Assembly (NCBI GenBank): GCA_001275005.1
Contig: JWZX01002659.1
Coordinates: 1-55,861, forward strand
DNA length: 55,861 bases
From: Chrysochromulina tobinii
Lineage: Eukaryota
Reading direction: 5' to 3'
The first letter of the stretch is position 1, and every line of letters starts with the position of its first letter. Below, piece after piece: positions 41,652 through 53,161 of the stretch. The notes below the pieces were generated by a model. It saw only the letters and a list, made by a program, of their open reading frames with translations, was not told the origin of the DNA and did not search any database. The position numbers and the translations under genes were made by a program.

Positions 41652-44105
41652 TCAGTAGCCCTTGCCGCCGCTCATTTTCTTGAGCGTCTTGGTGCCCGAG
41701 TGCAGCATCCCATCGACGAGGCCAAAGAGGCTGACGGCGCCACCGATGATGGCGCAGAGCGAGACGAGGAACTCGGTGGTGGCGGTGGTCTTCTCGACGA
41801 TGTGAGCGTGGATGGGCGACACGTCGTACGTGATCATCAGGTGCGGCAGGATGTCGCGCGTGCGCCCCTGTGACGTGGCTGTGAACTGGTACGTCTCAAT
41901 GCGCCGTGAGCCGTCGGCAGGACCGTACGAGGTGGGCATGATGTTGACGTGGTGCTCCTTCGTCTCGCGACGCAACGTCGAAACGAAGTGCGAGCCGTCG
42001 AGCGTCGTCAGCTGTGCCCGGACCGAGCTCGGCAGCCGAGCTCGTTCACGGGCTGAGAGCTCGAGCCCAAATGATAGGTGGTCGATGTGGTGCGTCGTGT
42101 TGACCGCCGAGAAGTCAAATGAATGGCGCGACGCGTGCGGCGAGATGTGCAACGTACCGGGCGCGCGCGAGACCTCGACGTAGCCGAAAAGGGTGCACCC
42201 CTCGTGCGTCTCAGCCTCCACCCACATCTCGTCGCCTGCATCGCCGCCGCCACGCTCGTCAGGCACTCGACCGGTGAGTAGACCGAGCACGACGTCGCTC
42301 GCCCGTTCCATGATCAGGTGCTCCTCCGCCTCGACTTCTCCGTATGATCCCTTCTCGGGATCGGCCCCCTTGCGAGACGCGCCCTCCCCCAGGATCTTGC
42401 CCACGCCCTTGGCGCCTGTGATCGAGCCGACGGCCTCGGAGATGCGCTGTAGCAGGTCACGATCCTCCTTGACCTCCTCGTCCGAGGAGAGAGCATCCTC
42501 CGACCAGTCTTCATCGAGGCCCTTGGCACGGCGGTCCATGACGACCCGCAGGTCCTTGGAGACGTGCGCGATCTGGGTGGCGAACGAAGGAGAGGAGAGG
42601 GAGTGCGTATTGACCTCCGCTTGCCTTTCTTCCGCTGGGAGGTCGTTCATCTCAGTCACCAGCGCCTCGGCCGCCACCTTGACGAGATGCAGCCAGATGA
42701 CATTCTCCTCGCGCCCGTACTCGTACGGCTCGAAGGCGTGGCTCGTCTGGCGGAAGATGCGCACGGTCGGGAAGGCATGGATCGCCTGCGCGCGGCAGAT
42801 CTCGCCTCCCGAGGCTGTCGTGCAATCGATCCGGATCATCTTGACAGATCTCGAGTACGCACGCACATGGAGCCGCTGGGACACCGCCAGCCACGTGGGC
42901 GTGAGCTTGTTCGACCAGAAGCACCAGGGCGCAAAAAAGTTAACCATCACGATCGGGTGATCGGCGATCAGCTTGTCGAACTGCGCCACGGTCATGTCGG
43001 CAGGCTCGCTGCTGAAGGGCGCAGGCGGCACAAACTTCTCCTCATCGGGATCTGGAGGCTCGAGATCTGACGTCGGTGTCTGCAGACCGTGTTCGACCAC
43101 CTCGGGCTTCGCCGCATCCCATGCCCTTCCTTCCGGGATCTCGACCGCGCCGGCGTTCGCAGGCCCGCTCGGCGCCGCTGAGCACGAGCCTGGGCACACG
43201 ATCGTCATGAACCTGGCGACGTCCATGCAGCGTCCCTCCATGGCCCACTTCGAACAGATGCTTGCATCCATCGCCGCCTGCTGCGCGCAGCTCGTCTCGC
43301 ACGCAGTGAGCATGTAGGCCGAGTTGGAGACACACTCGCCCTGGGAAGCCCAGCTTGGGCACGAAGGCGACGTGTTCCCTGCTGGCTGCTCCTTCGGCTG
43401 CTCTGCCTGTGCCTTCGCGCCAAGTGTGGGCATGCTGCCGACCTGAGGCATGCTGCCAATCTGCGGCGAGGCGGGCGATGGCGAAGCGCCATCGTCTTCA
43501 ATCCCGAGCAGCCGGCGGCCCGCGTGCGCGCCCTTGCCCGACAGCTTGATCGTCGACTCCACCTCGACCACTGCGTTGCGCTGCTCCTGCGACAGATGCT
43601 TCTTTGTCTGCTGCTCGCGATGGTCCGCGTCACCCTGCGCGTGCTCCTTCTTGTGCCACGGGAAGACGTGGCCGGCAAGGTCCTTGTCGTCCGCACCGCC
43701 ATTATACTTGTGCGGCTCGAACAGGCCGAGCGACCTACCATCGCTGCTCAGCCGCACCCTGTGTATGTTGCGCGCGCCGCCAGCCTTGTGCGAGCCCACA
43801 TGGTCGGCAATGTGCAGCTGCGCAAACTGGCAGGGCAGGTGGAGCATCGATATGTTGAAGTTGATGCGGATGGACGAGCTCGGCGCGAGGCCCTTGGCCT
43901 CGCGCATCAGCGACTCGCGCCCGAGCAGCGGGCTGTCCAGGCGCAGCTGCACCGCGCGCTTGGCGGAGAACGACTCGTTGTACTGCGAGAGCACGAGCCA
44001 GCAGATGGTGATGATGGCGCCGATGGAGATGAGACCGCCCGCGTTGGTCGTCTCCATGTACTCCGACGGCGCACGCCTGAAGAAATGCGCATCGCGGATC
44101 CCCAT
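41652..44105 (-). CDS. Erv41/Erv46 (ERGIC) cargo-receptor domain fused to thioredoxin (PDI-C/PDIL5 type) with ShKT-like inserts
   Basis: ERGIC_N (FFRRAPSEY..TNAGGLISI, INFNISMLHLPC), Trx FFAPWCFWS, COPII-coated ERV domain (EGCTLFGYVEVSRAPG, NTTHHIDHLSFG, YDVSPI, LCAIIGG), C-terminal GKGY. Confidence 0.9.
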   Translation of the reverse strand: MGIRDAHFFRRAPSEYMETTNAGGLISIGAIITICWLVLSQYNESFSAKRAVQLRLDSPLLGRESLMREAKGLAPSSSIRINFNISMLHLPCQFAQLHIADHVGSHKAGGARNIHRVRLSSDGRSLGLFEPHKYNGGADDKDLAGHVFPWHKKEHAQGDADHREQQTKKHLSQEQRNAVVEVESTIKLSGKGAHAGRRLLGIEDDGASPSPASPQIGSMPQVGSMPTLGAKAQAEQPKEQPAGNTSPSCPSWASQGECVSNSAYMLTACETSCAQQAAMDASICSKWAMEGRCMDVARFMTIVCPGSCSAAPSGPANAGAVEIPEGRAWDAAKPEVVEHGLQTPTSDLEPPDPDEEKFVPPAPFSSEPADMTVAQFDKLIADHPIVMVNFFAPWCFWSNKLTPTWLAVSQRLHVRAYSRSVKMIRIDCTTASGGEICRAQAIHAFPTVRIFRQTSHAFEPYEYGREENVIWLHLVKVAAEALVTEMNDLPAEERQAEVNTHSLSSPSFATQIAHVSKDLRVVMDRRAKGLDEDWSEDALSSDEEVKEDRDLLQRISEAVGSITGAKGVGKILGEGASRKGADPEKGSYGEVEAEEHLIMERASDVVLGLLTGRVPDERGGGDAGDEMWVEAETHEGCTLFGYVEVSRAPGTLHISPHASRHSFDFSAVNTTHHIDHLSFGLELSARERARLPSSVRAQLTTLDGSHFVSTLRRETKEHHVNIMPTSYGPADGSRRIETYQFTATSQGRTRDILPHLMITYDVSPIHAHIVEKTTATTEFLVSLCAIIGGAVSLFGLVDGMLHSGTKTLKKMSGGKGY

Positions 44106-44263
44106 GTTTTGTTGGCCCACCACGTGTCGTTCACACGTCTGCATTGACTAAATTTGCACCTAAAAAAAACTTGAAACGACGTATAGAACGTGTTAACTCG
44201 AGACGCACTCCATGTTTCGTTTCTTTGTGCTAAGAATTCTTGCGCTCGCGGTTTTGTGCGACG

Positions 44264-45770
44264 ATGTCGCGGCCTGGCGTAGCGAAGGTGCTCGACCCGG
44301 CGATGGCCGCGCTGCTCCTCGCGGGCGACGAGGTGCTGCCGCCGGCGCTGCCGGCGCTCGCGCACCTGCACGCTGTGCTCAAGATCGGCACCTCTGCTGC
44401 CGGGGACAATGTAATCATTGACACGGATTCAGAAAATGGCATCATCTCCGACCCGGAAGAGTGTCTCGCGCAGGAGGAGCGGCTCGAGGAGCGGCTGCGG
44501 CTGCTCAAGCGTAAGGAGGGCCTCGCGACTGACCGCACGCTCAAGCAGGCCTTCAAGCTCATGGACTGCCTGATCGGTCAATATAAGCTCAACCGCACTG
44601 ATGAGATCCTCGAGGAGCTCGCACCCGTGTGCGCGGAGCGCGGCGGCGACTGGAAGGTGAAGCATATCCAGTCGACGGCCTTCGTGCGCTGGAAACAGTA
44701 CAAATTCAAAGAGGCGCTCGCGCTTTTCCTGCAGCAGCAGGAGATCGTGGGTGCCTCGGCGGCGCTGTGCGAAAACATTGGGCACACCTACTCGTCGATA
44801 GGCGATCTGCCCAAGGCCGAGGAGTATTTTGAGCGTGCGATCGAGCTGCTCAAGCGCGGTTCGTTTGGCAATCGCGGCGGCATCTACATGGGCCTCGGGC
44901 TGGTGCGCGACCGGCTGGGCAAGACGCGCGAGGCGCTGCCCATCCTCGAGCAGGCCCTCGAGCATTACCAAAAGGAGCACACTAAGGACTTTGTGCAGCT
45001 CGACTCGTCGATCATCGCCAAGGCGCACATGTCGGTGGGCAAGGCGCACGAGAAGCTGGGCGAGAAGGCCAAGGCGGCCGAGCACATGGCTGACGCGCTC
45101 GCCATCTTCCGGCGGACGGTCGGCTTCGACTCGCCGCTAACGGCCAATGCGATGGGCTGCCTGGGCAAGGTGCGCTGCGAGCTGGGCCAGATGAAGGAAG
45201 GTCTGAAGCTGCTCAAGGACGCCCTGCGGCTCGAGATCCAAAAGGACGCGTTCCACCTGGAGACCGTCTGGGAGCTCCTCTCGCGCCTCAAGGATCTGCA
45301 CATGGATGAGGCCAAGGAGCGGCAGGCGAGCGCCGGCACCAAGGGTGCCTCTCCTCTCGAGGCGCTCCGAACCATCTACGGACAGTATGTGACCCACCTT
45401 GAGGCAACCCAAAGCTGCCGACGGTGCACCCCAACCTCACCACGTCGCCTCTCCCCACAGGTATGTGCCCCTCGTCGAGGCAGCCAAGCTGCGGATTGGG
45501 GCGCAGCAGGAGCGCGACGAGCTTGGCACGCTGGCCGTCTTCTACAAGACCGCCGCCGAGCTCTACATGCTCGCGCAGGACTACACTGGCGGCGAGCACC
45601 TGTGTAATGAGGCGCTGCGCTGCTTTCACAAGGTGCGCGATTTCGACTGCTCGGGGCTCATAGAGGGGTGCGAGATGCTGCTCAACATAGCCAAGTCGAA
45701 TAAGCCCAAGCAGGCGGCAACGCCTGACAAGACAGCGCCGAGCTCGGGCGCTGGCCCGTCCTCCGCGTGA
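44264..45770 (+). CDS. TPR-repeat protein, 2 exons
   Basis: TPR helices (ENIGHTYSSIGDLPKAEEYFERA etc.). Intron 45385-45460 joins the two ORFs as IYGQ-YVPLVEAAK. Confidence 0.85.
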
Positions 45771-46014
45771 CGGCTCTGCAGCGCTCTGTCACCGGTGGCC
45801 CACAGAGTAGGCACGTCTGTTCTTCTGTTCCGTCTTTCTCGAATCGGAGCGCTTTCTTTGTCTCCTCTTAGGCCGATCGCGATTGCGCTCGCTCTCTCCG
45901 CACTCAGGGCCTCGCGACGCGGTCCGCGGGCGGGGCCGCGCCTGTCGCGCGGGCGTGCCCGAGCTTTCAGTTGATATGAATTATGTCGTTCATATCACAC
46001 AAAACTACTAAAAT

Positions 46015-46599
46015 TTACATGACGCACCGGTCCCTCGGCTGACTCTGCTCCATGGGCGCCTCCGCCGAACCAGCAGCCCTGTTCTCCGTCCTGCTCCGCA
46101 GCCAACTCAATGTGCGCTCGACGTTCGAGTCGAGGTCCTCTACCGTGTTCGACTGCAGCTCGACGACGATCTCCTCGCGGTAGCTCTCGCGCGCCTCGTC
46201 GAGGATGAGCTGCATGATCTCCGCCTCGATGTTGTCCTCAAGCTTCTTGCCCGAGTATCCTCGGCTCGTCAGACGCGAGTACAGCACGCCGTTGTCGCTG
46301 CGCATCACGAGCACCAGATCAAACCAGCGCTCGGGGAAGAGCTCGGCGCCGTGGTACTCGACGATCACGCCGCCCGCCTCCATCTCGTCCTCAAGCTCGT
46401 CGAGCAGCTTGTCCTCGTCAAGCACGTAGGTCTGATACTCTTCATCCCATCCTTCGTGCAGCTGCTTGGCCTTGACGAGCTCACCGACGTCGATGGCACG
46501 AAAGCCTCTGGCCTCAGCCACAAGGCGGTGCACAAAGGTGCTCTTACCGGTGCCCGGCGTGCCCGTCACCAGCAGGTTGGGCAGGGCTCGGCTGCTCAT
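46015..46599 (-). CDS. AK6: Adenylate kinase isoenzyme 6 / Fap7
   Basis: PNLLVTGTPGTGKST, YHGAELFPERWFD, RGYSGKKLEDNIEAEIMQ. Confidence 0.95.
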   Translation of the reverse strand: MSSRALPNLLVTGTPGTGKSTFVHRLVAEARGFRAIDVGELVKAKQLHEGWDEEYQTYVLDEDKLLDELEDEMEAGGVIVEYHGAELFPERWFDLVLVMRSDNGVLYSRLTSRGYSGKKLEDNIEAEIMQLILDEARESYREEIVVELQSNTVEDLDSNVERTLSWLRSRTENRAAGSAEAPMEQSQPRDRCVM

Positions 46600-47079
46600 G
46601 CACTTGCAGACGGGCGCGCGAAGGGAGGCAAGAGGTGACGAGTAGGGTGACGACGCACCAAGTCAGTCATGTCAAGTCAAGTGTGTCACCTTGTACCTTG
46701 CTGCTTGTACTTCCCCGAACGAGATGTTGCGCGCGTGTCTACAGGCGGAGCGTGCCATACAGAGATAATACAGTATGGCCGGTCTATACGATAAGCACAA
46801 AACAGACTGTTCCTCCCCCAAGAAAGAAGAATCATGTATGAATACACAGGGTGTTGTGCGTTATTGTTTTATTTTGCGAGGCCCTGTTCAGTTTGCTGGA
46901 GTTGGGCATTGGGAACTATCTCCTCCCAAAAATCGATCTAACTTTCTGCCGTTTCTCTCAAAAATCTGAGCGCGCCGAGACTTCCATTTTAAGCCATCTC
47001 CCATTCGCTCATTAAAATCTGAGCGCGCCGGACTGAAACCGGACCGGATTCACTATCGGCATCGCCCTCCGCCCAAGGC

Positions 47080-49299
47080 ATGCTGGCGCGCCTACCAGCC
47101 CTTGGGAAGGCGCAGCCAGCCTCCTGGCACGCCCAACGGCATGCCCAACGGCACGCGCCAGCATCCCTGTCGATCGACGCGGCGATGGCACTCGCGGCGG
47201 AAATGGTACCTGTCTCTGCGGCGCAACTCAATGGAGATTTCTACGAATTGGTGCGAACCACCAATGCGAGGATGGCGCTCGACAGTTTAGGCAATGGCTT
47301 GATCACATTTCTCGCAGCCTCTGTGCTTGTGGTGCCCGTCTCTAAAGTCTTGAAGGTCACGCCCGTTCTCGGCTTCCTTTTGCTCGGCTGCGCCATCGGC
47401 CCGTATGGGTTCGGACTCTTCTCGAACACGGAAGCGGACATCAAGCTCGGCGACTTTGGGATCCTGTTCCTGCTCTTCATCGAGGGTCTGAATCTGTCGC
47501 CCGACCGCTTGGAAAAACTTGGGAGCTTCTTCCAGCTGGGCGTGTCGCAGATGCTGCTGAGCATCGGCTTCTTCTTCTTCTCGGTGCTGTTCCTCGGTCC
47601 TCAGCTTCTCACCTTCTTTGAGTTATTCATCCCGCTCGATGATCAGCTACTCCGCCCGATATTCTCGTCGCCCGTCACGGCATTCTGCATCGCCGCCGCG
47701 GGAGCGCTCTCCTCGTCAGCCTTCGCGCTCCCGGTACTCAAGGAGAAGGGGTGGGAGGGGCGAGCGGACGGCATCGCAGCGCTCGCGGTGCTCTTGCTGC
47801 AGGACCTCGCCGTTGCACCGCTGCTCGTCATCATCCCTCTCCTCGCGGGCAGTGGACCGCAGGACAATTTTTCGCTCCTGCTGCTCGTCGCCAAGGCGAC
47901 TTTTGGCTTCGGCGGCGTGCTCGCTCTCGGTTCGGTCGTGCTCCGACAACTCTTCGAAGTCGTCGCCTCTTCGCGCTCGTCGGAGACCTTCGTCGCGGCC
48001 ACTCTCCTCGTGGCGGTGGGCATGGGTGCGATTGCTGAGGAGCTCGGCCTCTCGTCAAGCACGGGCGCCTTTGCGGCCGGCGTGCTCCTCGCGGGCACAA
48101 AGTACCGCGCAGCCATCGAGGCGGACATCAAGCCATTTGAAGGCATCCTTCTGGGAGTCTTCTTCCTCACGGCGGGCGCGACCCTCGACCCGGCCCTCGT
48201 GCTGCATGAGTGGCCGACGCTCTTGACGGGCATCATCATCTTCATCCTCGTCAAGGCGGGTCTGCTCCTTGTCGTGGGCGAGTCGGCGCTTGGGCTGCGC
48301 AGCCGCGCTGATGCCGTGCGCGTGGCTTTGCTGCTCTCGGGCGGCGGCGAGTTCGCCTTCATCATCTTCAAACTCGCCGAGAATCTAGGCGTGTTGCCGC
48401 ATCAGCTCGGCCAGCTACTGACCGCGTCGGTCATCATCTCGATGAGTCTCACGCCCTTGCTCGGCGAGGCGGCCGAGGCCCTGGGGGCTGTGATCGAGCG
48501 GGCGGAGCAGGCAGACGAGGCGACCGTTGAAGCGGAAAAGCTCTTTGACGCCATCGACACCGACGGCAGCGGCACTCTGACGCGTACCGAGCTGCAACTA
48601 CATCTGCTAGGTGGCGACCGCTCGCCCGGCTTCCTCAGCCGCATCAACATGCCGTTTGAGGCGCTCTTCGACGCGCTGGACACGGACGGTAACGGCGTCA
48701 TCTCGCGCGACGAGCTGCGCCTGGGGTACGTCGAGATGTGTTCTGGAGGTGCTCGCGTAGCGGCGCTGCAGCAGAGCGCCGCCGAAGAGAATGGCAGCGT
48801 GCTCACGGCAAGCGACGCGTACGTCGTGTGTGGCTTTGGCGAGATCGGCCAACGTGTGTGCGACGAGCTCAGCAGCGTCTTCGAAGGGTCGGATCTGATC
48901 GCGTTCGATCGCGACCCGAAGCGCGTCGCCGTCGGCATGCAGCGCCAAGTGCGTGTCATCTATGGCGACGGGGCCTCCGAGACGCTCCTCAAGGCCTCGG
49001 GTATCGAGGAGCCGCGCGCGATCATCGTCTCCTACTCACAGAGCTCGCGCTGCCTCGACGCCACGCGCCGGTTGCGCGACGTTTTCCCACAGTCGCCCAT
49101 CTACGTGCGCGCGGCCTCGGAGGAGGAGGTGACACCGCTCCTCGAGGCAGGCGCCACCGAGGTAGTCGTCGAGACGAACGAGGCTGCGGTGCGCCTCGCC
49201 AGGCTGCTGACGGAGTCGAGTAAAGTAGAGCTGGGCGGTGGCGAGGGGATTGAGCTGCGCCGCGCTATGGCGCCGGTGACCAAAGCAGAGGAATCATGA
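47080..49299 (+). CDS. KEA3: CPA2 K+/H+ antiporter, KEA3-like, with an EF-hand pair and a TrkA-N (KTN) domain
   Basis: LLLQDLAV and GGEFAF CPA2 motifs; EF loops DTDGSGTLTRTE and DTDGNGVISRDE; VVCGFGEIG..YGDG. Confidence 0.85.
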   Translation: MLARLPALGKAQPASWHAQRHAQRHAPASLSIDAAMALAAEMVPVSAAQLNGDFYELVRTTNARMALDSLGNGLITFLAASVLVVPVSKVLKVTPVLGFLLLGCAIGPYGFGLFSNTEADIKLGDFGILFLLFIEGLNLSPDRLEKLGSFFQLGVSQMLLSIGFFFFSVLFLGPQLLTFFELFIPLDDQLLRPIFSSPVTAFCIAAAGALSSSAFALPVLKEKGWEGRADGIAALAVLLLQDLAVAPLLVIIPLLAGSGPQDNFSLLLLVAKATFGFGGVLALGSVVLRQLFEVVASSRSSETFVAATLLVAVGMGAIAEELGLSSSTGAFAAGVLLAGTKYRAAIEADIKPFEGILLGVFFLTAGATLDPALVLHEWPTLLTGIIIFILVKAGLLLVVGESALGLRSRADAVRVALLLSGGGEFAFIIFKLAENLGVLPHQLGQLLTASVIISMSLTPLLGEAAEALGAVIERAEQADEATVEAEKLFDAIDTDGSGTLTRTELQLHLLGGDRSPGFLSRINMPFEALFDALDTDGNGVISRDELRLGYVEMCSGGARVAALQQSAAEENGSVLTASDAYVVCGFGEIGQRVCDELSSVFEGSDLIAFDRDPKRVAVGMQRQVRVIYGDGASETLLKASGIEEPRAIIVSYSQSSRCLDATRRLRDVFPQSPIYVRAASEEEVTPLLEAGATEVVVETNEAAVRLARLLTESSKVELGGGEGIELRRAMAPVTKAEES

Positions 49300-50094
49300 T
49301 GAGAATGAGCGGCGTACAATGAGCCCTTGCTGCAGGCCGAGCGTCTTCTCGAGGCCTGGTAATTTAGCGTTGGCCGTTGAACAGCGCCACGCCTCGGTCC
49401 CGGTTTGGCCGCCTGTATCGACGGCGGCATTCCGGCACAATGGTATTCGCGGTCAGGTTTGTAGTCATTGGCGGGTTGATCCTTCCGGGATGTTGCGTCT
49501 CGACGGATGGATGTCCGTAAAATTGCTTGTGTATGAACACTCAGGGGGCGCGAGAGTGCCCCGAAGGTCTGACAGACAAGTGTTCATGGTTTGTATGTTC
49601 CGGCGTGGGTCCGGTCTGTGTGTCCCATGAGGTGTGTCCGGTGTACACAGTCGAGGACCGAGATTGCAGATTCACCGTCCCCCGCGTCCGCGACCACAAA
49701 GGCGATACCGTTCGGTTAGCGCCTCGTGGTTGAAGCGCGAAGAGGCTCCTCAAGACCGCGCGTATACATACGATAGGAAACTAGAAAAGAAGAAATTGTA
49801 ATAGATAAAGAAGAACGCATACGATACATGGCTCACGCCTCACCCTCAGCCCTGCTCACGGCCATGCTCACGGCAACGCAAGTATGATGGTCGAAAAAGG
49901 CGGAACACTCTGCTTTGCAAATGGTCATCACTTTACCATGCACTTTACACGTAACGAGCGTGCAAACCGCGCGAACACACGACCCACGGCACCTGGGCGC
50001 CGCGGGGCCATTCTAAGCGCAAGGGCCACCCTCACAGCTCACGAGTCACGACCGCCCTGGGCCCTGCTCTCTCGACGGCGGCATCGCCTTGGTG

Positions 50095-53000
50095 CTAAGC
50101 CTCGATGGGCCTCTTCTTCTTGAGCTTCATGTGGAGCCCCGCCGCGGCGCTCTCGGCCACCTTGAAAAGGGATTCCTGGCTCAGCTTGCTCCCTTTGCTG
50201 GCGTTACTCGCCGTGTCAACCCCGGCGCCCTCTGGTGCACCGCCGTCGCGCCTGGCCAGCATTTGGGCTGCGGAATGGAGCGCCGCCTTCACCTTGTGCT
50301 GAGGGGGCTTAGTGATGGGCGGAGCCGCACTGCTCTCCTTGGAGGAGCGCGCTAACTTGGCTGCCTTTGATTTGACGGACTGGACCATCCGCCACAGGCC
50401 GCTGTCCGCGGCAGGTGGCGCCTCCGCGGCAGGTGGCGCCTCCGAAGAGGCGGCGGCAGAGGGTGCAGCGGAGCCGTCGTGCTTTCGGTGTCGCCTCTGG
50501 ATCTCGCTCAGAAGCTTTTCTGAGCCCGCGGTCCGCCGGAACTGCACGGGAAGGAGCATGTGCACACGATGGAACGAAGTGAGAGGGAGGGCAAGAGGGA
50601 GGACCAGTACGCAATGCAAGGAGGGAGAAGGGGCCGGGTAGGGCGCCGTGGTGGGCGCCCGGGAGTCAAATGAGCACGGGTCACAAAGTTGTTGCAGTAT
50701 GGTGGCCTCAGGGTGCATCGGCAACCAGAAGATTATTAGTCCGTTCATTCCCGAGGCAGAAGGAGAGGGCAGCGCGGGCGTGCACGCGGCGCATGCAGGG
50801 AGCAAGGGCGGGCCACAAGGCACGCATGCAAGGCGGCGCAAGCAGGCCACAAGGCACGCATGCAAGGCGACGCATGCAAGGCGATGCAAGCAGGGCACAA
50901 GGCACGCATGCGAGGCGGCGTCCCCAGCGCGGCTGTCGCACTTTTGGATCCGTCGGATCAATCGCAAATTCGGACGACTTGTACACAGACGCGAAGCGGT
51001 CGTCGGCGAGATTGAGCTCGAATCCGCCCTCGTCCGCCGCCATTGCCGCCGCCGCCGCCGCCGCCTCGGCACGCTTGCGCTTGGCCCCTTTGAGACCCTT
51101 TTGGCCCGCCTGGGCTGGCAGCGTGAGTGCATTCAGGCTGTAGCCACGCCGCGCCTCGCGCGCATCGTCCGCGTCATCACCGAGCATGAGCAGCTCGAGC
51201 TCGGCCTTCTTCCGCGCCTCCTCGGCCGCCTCGGCCTCCGTCAGGACCGGCGCTCGCTTGTCCTTCCTGCTGCGCTTCTTGCCCTCCTTCGCCCTGCCCG
51301 CGCTCACACCGGCGCTCACGACGCCCGCACTCACCGCGCCGGCGCCGCCCTCTATGGCTTTGGTGCTTGCGCGGCGTTCCTGCTGCTCCTCTGCTGCCCT
51401 CTCGGCAAGGGCCTCTGCAAAAAAGGGATCGCTCGCGAGCTCTGCGGGCATCTCGTCCTCATCTGCGAATTCGTCAACCTCCGCCGCGCCTCCCGCCGCG
51501 CCTCCCGCCTGAGCTAGCTGCTTGGCCTGCTTCTTCGCGCGCCGCTTCTCCTTTCGCTTCGCCTCCTCGACTTCGAAGACGGTTGGCGGCAGCACATCCT
51601 CCTCGGCCTCACCACCGCGCTTGGCGCCGGTGCCTTTGCCCGCCGCGACCCGTCGCGAGCCCGCCGTGGAAGCGCTGCCGTCAGCAAGCTCCGCCGCGTC
51701 AAACGTCATCTCCATCGCAATGTCGCCCTCGCCATCAGCGCCTACGCCGTCCACGCCGCCCCGCGCGCGCCCGCCGCCACCGGCGCGCGAGCCCATACGC
51801 ACACTCTCGACGAGGGCCGCGAGGCTTCCGGTGCGCTCGCCGCGCTTTGGTGGCCGTGGGCCATCGAAGACGTACTCCTCCTCGGCCTCGTCGTCGTCGT
51901 CCTCATCCTCATCCTCGGACTCTGACGCCAGGTACTGTGCATACTCGAGCTCCTTCACTTCCGCCTTTGAGAGATCGCGCTTCATCGTCTGCGAGCGTGA
52001 CGAATCATCCGCATCCCAGCTGAGCGTCGGCTCATGCTGCTGCAGCGCCGAGCACATGAACGACGGTGCCCTGTACTTAGGGGGCAGCTCGGTGCAACTG
52101 TCGCGTGGGGTCTTTTCAAACTTCCTCTCGTCAGGGATGAATCGCAGATCGAGCGGCAAAGAAGACGACTCGAACTCAGCACCGTCGCACTCCTTGTACA
52201 AATGATCCGCCGTCTCGGGCGTGTCGCACACGATCACACCAAAGTAGTAGCGCAGCCGGTCGAGCTCGTACTTACGCAGCCGCTCGCGCGCCTCGTCCTT
52301 ACTCAACTGCGCTTCGGATTCGTCGGATTCGTCGGATTCGTCAACGCCCTCGTCCTCGTCCTCGTCCTCGCCGCCGCCGCCACGCCGCACTTTGCGCTGC
52401 AGAAACGAGGGGCCCACGGTCGCCTCGGCTGCCATCTGCTTCTCGCCGAAGTCACTCGGGTACACACTCACAGATCGGATTCGACCGCCCGGCGGCAAGA
52501 AGGAGCCGACCACAGCGAGAATGTCTACGGCGCGCATCTGGTCCCAGTTGCAGTTGCACACGGCGAGGCGCCTGGTCGCGTCCGACACACGTGGCACCTG
52601 GTCGTGCTGCTTCTCGAGCCATTGCACAAGCGCTGAGTCCTTCTCTTGCTCGTCATCGTCGTCCTCGATGTCCTCTGACTCCGTGCTGCCTCCTTCGGAT
52701 TCCGTCTCTCCCTCACCCTCATCCTCGTCCGCGTCCGCCCGGTCCTCCTCGTGTTCTTCCTCGCCGCCAACATCTCCACCCTCCTCCTCGTCAAACTCTT
52801 CCTCCTCCTCTTCCTCTGGATCCTCATCCTCCGAGGAAGCAGCGGACATCTGGAAGCGAGGATCTGCCGTAGCAACTTTGCGCTTTGGGCCCGGCTTCTT
52901 CCGAGCCGCTGCCGCCGGCGCAGCCTCGGACTCGGCGACGCTATACAGCCGCTCCAGCTCTGCGTCTTTGCCCTTCTTTTGCTTTGGGAGCCGCCGACCG

Positions 53001-53161
53001 TACTTGTCGACGGCCACCTTGTCCTTGAAGCTGTTGTCCTTGAACATTGCCGAGAAGCGCTGGTCGACGACCGTCTTGCGCTCCTTCTTGGGCTGCCGCT
53101 GGAAGCGCGGATCATTGTGCAAGCGCGCAAACCGCGGGTCTTGGATAATGCCGTCCGACAT
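50095..53161 (-). CDS. ESF1: Pre-rRNA-processing protein ESF1, 2 exons
   Basis: DPRF, VDKYGR, TRRLAVCNCNWD, VYPSDFG, LRYYFGV, DLRFIPD and NUC153-like DDRF..FAIDPTDPK. Intron 50542-50941 gives DPK|FRRT. Confidence 0.93.

Noticed and set aside
42574..42616. Possible short in-frame intron in the ERGIC-Trx gene (VNTHSLSSPSFATQ)
   Set aside because: Pyrimidine-rich GT..CAG but only 42 nt; it cannot be told from coding sequence without transcripts.
50708..50941. ORF-track C-terminus of ESF1 (VRQPRWGRR...)
   Set aside because: Read-through into a repeat-containing intron; splicing restores the expected DP-x-F-[KR]-[KR]-T continuation.
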